A DNA stretch of 64,000 bases from a virus: IMG/VR virus record IMGVR_UViG_3300037475_000240, positions 32,001 to 96,000 of that record, one strand, 5' to 3'. A model generated the notes under the pieces. The model did no database searches, was not told the DNA's origin, and saw nothing but the letters and a program-made list of their open reading frames with translations. Shown in pieces: positions 57,499-64,000 of the stretch. Within the stretch, counting starts at the first letter, position 1, and the number at the start of each line of letters is the position of its first letter. A program made the position numbers and the translations under genes.

Positions 57499-58866
57499 TC
57501 ACGTCAAATATTTTTCGGTATCGACCGTTTTATCGCTACCTAAAATATTTTTATCTTTAATTAAACACTGTAACACTTTATTCACATCAGCTTTAGTAGG
57601 GGCTTTTCTATTATTAGAAATAACTTCATACATAGAGGAGATGTAAAGCTCTTTTAGATGGACATATGAAAATCCATATTTTACTGAAACTATGGATAGT
57701 CTCTTATACTCGGCATCAGGAAGCAATTTTCCAAACCACTTCTTAAGATATATATAAGCCATTTTCTGATTTGGTAGTGGTATTTCAAATTTTCTATCAA
57801 ATCTTGACGGTCTATCTGTAATTGATGATTTTAATTTTTTAATTTCATTGGCGGTGGCAACAATAAATAATCCATTTTTAGATGCGACACCATCCATTAA
57901 ATTCAAAAAAGAAGATAAATCAACTTTTTGAAATAAAGAATCCAAATCTTCAAAATACAATAAAGCTGGACTTTGATTCTCAGAATAAGAAAATGCTTCT
58001 CTTACAGTATCATCATTTGCATTAGATGTAATCGTAACTGGTTTAAAATTATATACTGATATTAAAGTTCTAATTAAAGAAGTTTTTCCATTACCTGGCT
58101 TACCATACAATAAAATCCCCCTTTTCCAAGGAATCTTTTTAGATAAATAAAAATCTTTACTTGATAAAAATCCTTCAACAACAGACTTTAATTCTGTTTT
58201 AAGATCTTCTGGAAAAAACAAATCATTCCAAGAATGATCTTTAGTATAAGGAATATCGTCTCCATCAATAACTCTAATATGAAGATTGCTTCTATCTCTT
58301 TGTTGCACCCAATCATCAAATTCATTTCTTATTTCAACATAACTATCATAATTGGAATTTGAACAAAGAACAAAAAAGCTTACTTCATCTTCATGCTGAT
58401 TACCCTTATGATAAAGAGCGGCATGAATAAATTCACAATTTTTATATTCAATTTTAAATACACCTTGAACAAAATATTTTTCAAAATTATTATCTGTTTT
58501 CCAGGAAATAATTGCATCCTTATACAGACAAGTAATTTTTACTTTTTTCTCTTTAGCAAAAGCTATAAACTGACCGTCAATAATTACTCTATTGTGCACA
58601 AATCTATTTATATTTGATGTATCTTTTAGATGCTTTTTAAAATTTTCCTCTGTCCATTTCATTAATTCTAAAAAGCTCTCGCGAGGACGAGAAGATTCAA
58701 AATCTAAGTCTCCAGGACTTCTCTTATCTTGAGGCACTCTAAACAAAGAATTTAACGATTCTTTTGATAGATTTTCTTGTTGTTCAACAGTGGTATTTGT
58801 TAGAAACTGCGAAATTTCAGTTTTATTCATTAAAAATAAACTCATTCTTTCTTTAAATTTAAACAT
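57499..58866 (-). CDS. AAA+ ATPase (BCS1/FtsH-like AAA domain)
   Basis: KRGILLYGKPGNGKT, YFEDLDS, LNLMDG, ATAN, DRPSRFD; alternative start 58830. Confidence 0.85.
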   Translation of the reverse strand: MFKFKERMSLFLMNKTEISQFLTNTTVEQQENLSKESLNSLFRVPQDKRSPGDLDFESSRPRESFLELMKWTEENFKKHLKDTSNINRFVHNRVIIDGQFIAFAKEKKVKITCLYKDAIISWKTDNNFEKYFVQGVFKIEYKNCEFIHAALYHKGNQHEDEVSFFVLCSNSNYDSYVEIRNEFDDWVQQRDRSNLHIRVIDGDDIPYTKDHSWNDLFFPEDLKTELKSVVEGFLSSKDFYLSKKIPWKRGILLYGKPGNGKTSLIRTLISVYNFKPVTITSNANDDTVREAFSYSENQSPALLYFEDLDSLFQKVDLSSFLNLMDGVASKNGLFIVATANEIKKLKSSITDRPSRFDRKFEIPLPNQKMAYIYLKKWFGKLLPDAEYKRLSIVSVKYGFSYVHLKELYISSMYEVISNNRKAPTKADVNKVLQCLIKDKNILGSDKTVDTEKYLT

Positions 58867-60640
58867 TCTTAGTATTATAGCATTTCGGATAAGAAGAACA
58901 TGCTAGAAATTTGCTTCCGGTTTTAGAGGTTCTGTTAGACATTGGAGAACCACATTTTTCACATAAAGTTCCACCCTGATTTAAATAAGCTGCATCTAAT
59001 TGATCTTTGAATTTAGGATAGAATTTTTTTAACATATCAATATGATCCACTTTACCACTTTCAATTTCATCCAATAAAAGTTCCATTTTTGCAGTATAAT
59101 CATAATCCATAAAAGAAAAATATTTTGACAAAACATCTGTAACTTTTTTACCTAAATCAGTAGCATAAAATACGTTTCCTTTTTTCTCAACATAATTTCT
59201 TGCACAAATTTTAGAAAGAAGTTCAGCATAAGTTGCAGGTCTACCAATATTTTTAGTAACTAATTCTTTAATTAATTTATCTTCTGAAAATCTTGGTGGT
59301 GCTTGTGTAGACTTTTTTTCCATCTTTAAGTCATTCTTACCTTTAAGATAGACTATGTCACCAATTTTGACGTTTGGAATTTCTATTTTTGAATTATCTT
59401 TGTCATCGTCGGCACTGAATATTTTTAAATATCCTTCAGATTTTAGAGCTTTACCAGTAGCTTTTACTTTTGATTTTACATCATCTTTAGGGTGAGCTAT
59501 AACAGCCAAAGTATCATATACTGCGGGATTCATTTGACTAGCAACAAAAGAGTTCCATACTGCTTTATAAACTGCTTTTTCATCGGAATCAATGATTGCA
59601 AAATTATCCTCGTTTGGTAGCAATGAAAGATCTGTTGGATGAATACACTCGTGCGCGTCTTGAGCCGCTTCTTTATTCTTATAGGCGTTTGGTTTTTTAG
59701 GAACTTCAAACTTATTTTGTTTTAACCAATCTCTAACTCCTTGAATATCTTCATCTGCGACTCTTACTGAGTCTGTTCTAATATAAGAAATATATCCATT
59801 CTCATATAAAGATTGTGCTGCTTTCATAGTTCTCTCTGCATTAAACCCAAAAGACTTTGACATAAATCTTTGTAATGTAGATGTAACAAATGGGGCTTGT
59901 GGAGATTTTTTCTCTTCTTCAGCGACAACATGTAATATTACATATTCGTTGCTATTTAAAGTCTTTTTAACATTCTCTGCAGTATTTACATCAACAATTT
60001 TATTTATATATTTAGCAACAAAAGAACTATCATTAGTGTCAGTTAATTTAACTTGTAAGGTCCAAAAATCTTCTGAAACAAAATTTTCAATTTCTCTCTC
60101 ACGATCTATGATAATTTTAGTTACAACTGATTGAACTCTACCAGCAGAAAGCTTTGGTCCAAAGAAATTCATAAGGAAAGGTGATGCTTTAAATCCAACC
60201 AATCTATCTAAAATACGTCTAGCTTCTTGTGCATGAAAAAGATTCATGTCTATATCTCTAACATCTTTAACTGCTTTTTGTAGTAAATCTTTGGTTATTT
60301 TATTAAAAACCATTCTTTTAATAGGTTTGCCAGTATCAAATAATCTATCTGATAGATGCCAAGCAATAGCTTCACCTTCACGATCGGGGTCGCTTGCCAC
60401 TAAAATTCTTCCAACTTTCTTAGAAGCTGCCAATAAAGAATCCATTACTTCAAGTTTATCGTCAGATAAAATATAGTGAGGCTTAAAATCATTGTCAATA
60501 TCCACGCCAAGACCATGTTTGCCACCTTTTGCTAAATCTGTAATATGACCTTTACTAGCCATTACAATAAAATCTTTGCCAAGATATTCTTGGATTTTGT
60601 GCCCTTTGGCTGGCGACTCAACAATAACTAAAGTTTTCAT
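58859..60640 (-). CDS. topA: DNA topoisomerase I (type IA)
   Basis: LVIVESPAK, GH, DPDREGE, RRILDRLVG, SAGRVQS, ISYIRTDS (catalytic Y), QDAHE, IGRPATY, C-terminal C4 Zn ribbon. Confidence 0.95.
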   Translation of the reverse strand: MKTLVIVESPAKGHKIQEYLGKDFIVMASKGHITDLAKGGKHGLGVDIDNDFKPHYILSDDKLEVMDSLLAASKKVGRILVASDPDREGEAIAWHLSDRLFDTGKPIKRMVFNKITKDLLQKAVKDVRDIDMNLFHAQEARRILDRLVGFKASPFLMNFFGPKLSAGRVQSVVTKIIIDREREIENFVSEDFWTLQVKLTDTNDSSFVAKYINKIVDVNTAENVKKTLNSNEYVILHVVAEEEKKSPQAPFVTSTLQRFMSKSFGFNAERTMKAAQSLYENGYISYIRTDSVRVADEDIQGVRDWLKQNKFEVPKKPNAYKNKEAAQDAHECIHPTDLSLLPNEDNFAIIDSDEKAVYKAVWNSFVASQMNPAVYDTLAVIAHPKDDVKSKVKATGKALKSEGYLKIFSADDDKDNSKIEIPNVKIGDIVYLKGKNDLKMEKKSTQAPPRFSEDKLIKELVTKNIGRPATYAELLSKICARNYVEKKGNVFYATDLGKKVTDVLSKYFSFMDYDYTAKMELLLDEIESGKVDHIDMLKKFYPKFKDQLDAAYLNQGGTLCEKCGSPMSNRTSKTGSKFLACSSYPKCYNTKNV

Positions 60641-60674
60641 CCAAAATCTCTTTCAATATTAATGCATTTAATAT

Positions 60675-61082
60675 ATGTTTGTTGTTTATAATAATGTTAA
60701 TAATTTTTTTAACGAAATATTATCTGACATAGACTGTCAGCGTGATACTAAAGCTTATATCATCAGTATATATGATAAATATAAGTCCAGTCAATTTGAT
60801 TTTTCGAAAAATAGTGTAACATTATTATATGCTGAGGCAAAATATAAACATGATTTTTCAATTTATCAAAATATAGGAGATTGGATATTTTTTAGTAATA
60901 CATTAGTTTCCAATCATCTACAGTGTGCCTCAAAAGATTATTATGATACTATCGCACAATTATCATACTATTCATGCTATCGTTTAATTAATAAACAATG
61001 GAAGCTATTTGAAGAATTAGCTGATAATTTTCAAAACATTGAAATTCAAGTAAAAGACAGACTTCAAAAAATTAATAGCTAA
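60675..61082 (+). CDS. hypothetical protein on the opposite strand
   Basis: 135 aa; QNIGDWIFF..DYY..AQLSY..LFEELADNF; divergent from topA. Confidence 0.65.
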   Translation: MFVVYNNVNNFFNEILSDIDCQRDTKAYIISIYDKYKSSQFDFSKNSVTLLYAEAKYKHDFSIYQNIGDWIFFSNTLVSNHLQCASKDYYDTIAQLSYYSCYRLINKQWKLFEELADNFQNIEIQVKDRLQKINS

Positions 61083-61497
61083 ATTCTTTATTAAAGAATT
61101 TTTTTGACTGTCTCATTGAAATTTCTTTTCTATCCTTTGTTGATTTATAATTAAATTTCCAGCCAGTCTTACCACAATCACAAAATAAAAATTCTTCATA
61201 GTTGTTTTTATTATTAACGCCCTTTGTGCGATGCATTTTTATATTGAATTTATTCAAATCAAGAATAAAAGAGTGCTCTTGAATAGAGGCATGACGACAT
61301 TTAATTATCGCATCATTATGATCATAATTTACATTGTATATTGTTTTATTTTTAAAACAAAGATCTGGAGACTTATACATTTTTTCATTTTTATAAAACG
61401 AATAAAAAACAGGTCCAGAACAACAAAATTTGCACAAAGACCTAGTAGGAAATGTTGTTGATGTTTTTATTTTAGTAGAAAAATTTTTTCTATTCAT
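61072..61497 (-). CDS. hypothetical protein (Cys motifs)
   Basis: 141 aa, CKFC, CDCG. Confidence 0.5.
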   Translation of the reverse strand: MNRKNFSTKIKTSTTFPTRSLCKFCCSGPVFYSFYKNEKMYKSPDLCFKNKTIYNVNYDHNDAIIKCRHASIQEHSFILDLNKFNIKMHRTKGVNNKNNYEEFLFCDCGKTGWKFNYKSTKDRKEISMRQSKKFFNKEFSY

Positions 61498-62818
61498 TGT
61501 TTTTATTTAACAAAATCTTTACTTTATCTATTATTTTTTTTCTTACTCTATTAACGTAAACCATACCACCCATTTGATAATGAGGAGGAACTCTTAAATG
61601 AGTTACAATTACATTTGTTCCTGGTGAAACATCTTTTAATTTTATTTTGGAAAAACTGTATTCTTTTACTTGATGCAAAATAGAATATTTATTATCCTCA
61701 ATAATAACATTAAGCAATTTACCAATATAATATGGTTTTGTGTAAGTGGCTTTTCTTCCACCAATATAAAATTCTTGTGTATTATTTTTTATTTCACCTT
61801 TAGCTGTCACTATTGCTTTAAAAGTAGATATTCCTTCAAATAAGGATAAATTTTCATCTAACAAAGATGTTATATTATAAATATTCTTTTTTTTCTTAAG
61901 AGAGATTGGAAGATTTGATTCTAAAATAGAAATATATTCTTGAAAAATTTTATGTTGAAATCCTCCTGACCTACTGTTATCTAATAAATATGGTACCATT
62001 TCTAATGGATATTTTTCTAATATAGACTTAAATGCTTGATATACAAATATTTTATGTTTAATTGTAAAATTAACACTACTCCAATGAGCAGAATTTACTT
62101 GTTGATCTATTACTTCTTTAATAAGTTTGAGTTTATTATTAAACTCTTCTTCAATTTCTATTTTAGATAAAGCATCAACTTCTTGATATTGAACTTGAAT
62201 TTTACTAGCATTCATTGAAAAATGTTTTATATTAGAAGTTGAATTTGGGTGATTCATCTTATTTAAGGATGAACCTTCTCCTATAAAACAACAATCAATA
62301 TAAGGACAAGTTACATTATCAGATCCATCTAATGGTTTAGGAATAAATCTTTGACAATCAGAACATCTCCAACCTAATTTGGAATGTTTTTTAAAAGTAT
62401 TAAAAAATGTAATCCACTTTAAATCCGTTGTTTTTTTAAGCTGTATAGTGCATTCAACACAAGATAATGTTTTTTCTAGAGTTATGTGATTTTCTTTTCC
62501 TAAGAATAGACATCCGGGGCAAAGATATTCTGTATTCTTTTTTACAGTTAAAATAGCTCTTTTTTTACAAAAAGAATTTGTAATATAAAAAAGATAGGTA
62601 TCTAAACCTTCCACATGATTATTTTTATTAATAAAAGCTATGCATCCAGTTTTTAATACATCAATTAGTTCTTCGACTAAAGCTCTATAAGAAAGTTGAT
62701 CTGTTCCTTTAAACCAATTATTATGTAATTTAACAATTCCTGGCTGCTTGTCAAGCAAGAATTTATTTACTAAATTATCAACATCCATCATATTAAATTT
62801 TAAATTATTAACCGCCAT
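61490..62818 (-). CDS. hypothetical zinc-ribbon protein (possible transcription factor)
   Basis: Likely start 62818; CPGC, CVEC, CSDC, CPYIDC; C-terminal VPPHYQMG. Confidence 0.6.
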   Translation of the reverse strand: MAVNNLKFNMMDVDNLVNKFLLDKQPGIVKLHNNWFKGTDQLSYRALVEELIDVLKTGCIAFINKNNHVEGLDTYLFYITNSFCKKRAILTVKKNTEYLCPGCLFLGKENHITLEKTLSCVECTIQLKKTTDLKWITFFNTFKKHSKLGWRCSDCQRFIPKPLDGSDNVTCPYIDCCFIGEGSSLNKMNHPNSTSNIKHFSMNASKIQVQYQEVDALSKIEIEEEFNNKLKLIKEVIDQQVNSAHWSSVNFTIKHKIFVYQAFKSILEKYPLEMVPYLLDNSRSGGFQHKIFQEYISILESNLPISLKKKKNIYNITSLLDENLSLFEGISTFKAIVTAKGEIKNNTQEFYIGGRKATYTKPYYIGKLLNVIIEDNKYSILHQVKEYSFSKIKLKDVSPGTNVIVTHLRVPPHYQMGGMVYVNRVRKKIIDKVKILLNKNNE

Positions 62819-63800
62819 AATAATTACAAACTTCTGTGGGGGTAGTATAAGCAACTTGAAATCTATCTAGATGTCTAAAATTATCTCTTACTAAGGCATC
62901 GCCACGCCCTAAAAGATTTTCAGCGCCACTCGTGTCAAGCACAACTTTAGAATCTACATGACTTGCAACTTTACAAGATATTCTTGCCGGAAAATTAGCT
63001 TTAATAGTGCCATTAATAATATTAACAGAAGGTCTTTGTGTTGATAAAATAATATTCATTCTAGCTGCACGACATTTTTGTGCTAATCTACATAATTTAT
63101 TATAAAATTGATCTTCTTTATCTTGCATAATCAAGTCTGCAAATTCATCAATTATTAATACAATATATGGTAATTTACTTGCTAAAAATCCTTTTCTTAA
63201 CATATTGTATCTAGAATCCATTATCTCTAATAAATTATCTAACATAAAAATACATTCTTCATATGTGTATGATACTTGAACTTTAGATTTAATCCTTTTA
63301 TCATATTCTGAAAATTCAATATTTTTAGGATCCATTAAAAATAATTGAGCATTATTATAATTAAATAAATTAGCAATAATATTATGCAATAAACTACTTT
63401 TACCCGAACCAGTTGTTCCAGAAATAATCATGTGTGGATTTTGAGATAAATCCATCCACATTCTTTTTCCATCAACTGTTTGCCCTAATAAACAAATTAA
63501 ATCTCCTTTTGGAATATTTTTATTTGTAAAATAATCAAATAAATTTAAAATATCTTTTCTAGGCTGTGCAAACTCCAATCTTACAACACCTTCATTATGA
63601 ATAACTTTTAAAGAAGGTTTACAAGGGGTACGTAAAATTAAAGAAATTTCTTCTATATACTTTATCAAATCTTTTACTTTAGCGCTTGGGTTTAACTTAA
63701 TATCATAGTAAAAATAATTATCTACTTTATTAAAATGAACACATGAGGCTTTAATCTTAAAACTAGTTAAGATTTTATTGAATAAATTAATTTCTTCCAT
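62808..63800 (-). CDS. FtsK/SpoIIIE motor-domain ATPase
   Basis: PHMIISGTTGSGKS, MDPK.IEF, IIDEFADL, LAQKCRAA, TQRPS, IKANFPARI, GAENLLGRGD; no TM or gamma domain. Confidence 0.9.
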   Translation of the reverse strand: MEEINLFNKILTSFKIKASCVHFNKVDNYFYYDIKLNPSAKVKDLIKYIEEISLILRTPCKPSLKVIHNEGVVRLEFAQPRKDILNLFDYFTNKNIPKGDLICLLGQTVDGKRMWMDLSQNPHMIISGTTGSGKSSLLHNIIANLFNYNNAQLFLMDPKNIEFSEYDKRIKSKVQVSYTYEECIFMLDNLLEIMDSRYNMLRKGFLASKLPYIVLIIDEFADLIMQDKEDQFYNKLCRLAQKCRAARMNIILSTQRPSVNIINGTIKANFPARISCKVASHVDSKVVLDTSGAENLLGRGDALVRDNFRHLDRFQVAYTTPTEVCNYYGG

Positions 63801-63883
63801 GAGATGTTAAATAGTATAAATTTATTAAATAGGGGCGCAAGGGGTCCGTATTTTTTTACAATCTAAACGGATTCTCTCGACTT

Positions 63884-64000
63884 TTATTTTTTAAAATTTA
63901 AAGAAGACACAAGCCCAACATCTTGACCAATTTTAATATCAGTTGATGCTACAGTGCCATGAGGAAATTCTATTATTAGATCAGATAAATCATTGGGTCC
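63884..64000 (-). CDS. C-terminal end of a probable DUF192-family protein (truncated by window)
   Basis: ...DLIIEFPHGTVASTDIKIGQDVGLV*-type tail resembles the VLELPAG...I.VGD.V pattern. Confidence 0.45.
   Translation of the reverse strand, partial: GPNDLSDLIIEFPHGTVASTDIKIGQDVGLVSSLNFKK

Noticed and set aside
426-60476. Numerous short plus-strand ORFs in the track (e.g. 3470..3865, 4193..4546, 33437..33829, 56293..56658)
   Set aside because: Antisense shadows of well-supported minus-strand genes, with no motifs or RBS.
1-64000. Stop-codon reassignment (TAG/TGA recoding as in some huge phages)
   Set aside because: Long conserved genes are intact in code 11. The gene ends I checked use TAA or TGA, and the in-frame TAGs noticed are in a remnant or a frameshifted region.
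1-64000. Eukaryotic giant virus or bacterial chromosome origin (suggested by Zn-ribbon endonuclease, DnaJ, NLS-like basic tails, housekeeping genes)
   Set aside because: Terminase, portal and prohead protease, SD sequences and bacterial-type DnaE/bS21/TF in single-strand operons indicate a large bacteriophage.

Overview
This is an AT-rich, gene-dense segment of a large (jumbo/huge) tailed dsDNA bacteriophage in the standard genetic code, with almost every gene on the minus strand. Positions ~1-27,400 are a head-morphogenesis/virion module. It holds a prohead protease-scaffold fusion, a portal, a lambda-GpA-like large terminase and many hypothetical head proteins, interleaved with a tyrosine-phosphatase-type enzyme, a lytic transglycosylase and a truncated CCA/poly(A)-type nucleotidyltransferase. 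Positions ~27,400-64,000 are a replication/recombination/host-takeover module. It holds a sigma-region-4 protein, a split DnaG primase, DnaJ, RuvC, an SSB, RecA, a fractured dnaE, a stand-alone M41 peptidase, trigger factor, a RecB/Cas4-like nuclease, SbcCD, a dNMP kinase, thioredoxin, a PDF-SEC-C fusion, an MT-A70 methylase, bS21, an AAA ATPase, TopA and FtsK. Highlights: (i) dnaE is broken by a naturally split Ser1/Ser+1 intein with a free-standing Vsr-like endonuclease between the halves; (ii) virion-module proteins share a K-x-A candidate maturation motif and a helical candidate capsid-targeting motif, suggesting a packaged cargo system that may include enzymes; (iii) the class II nucleotidyltransferase has a rewritten nucleotide-templating motif; (iv) two recurrent promoter-like motifs occur, one predicting leaderless mRNAs; (v) the phage encodes a ribosome exit-tunnel toolkit. 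No tRNA, rRNA or CRISPR array was seen. All assignments come from reading motifs by eye; no database searches were run.
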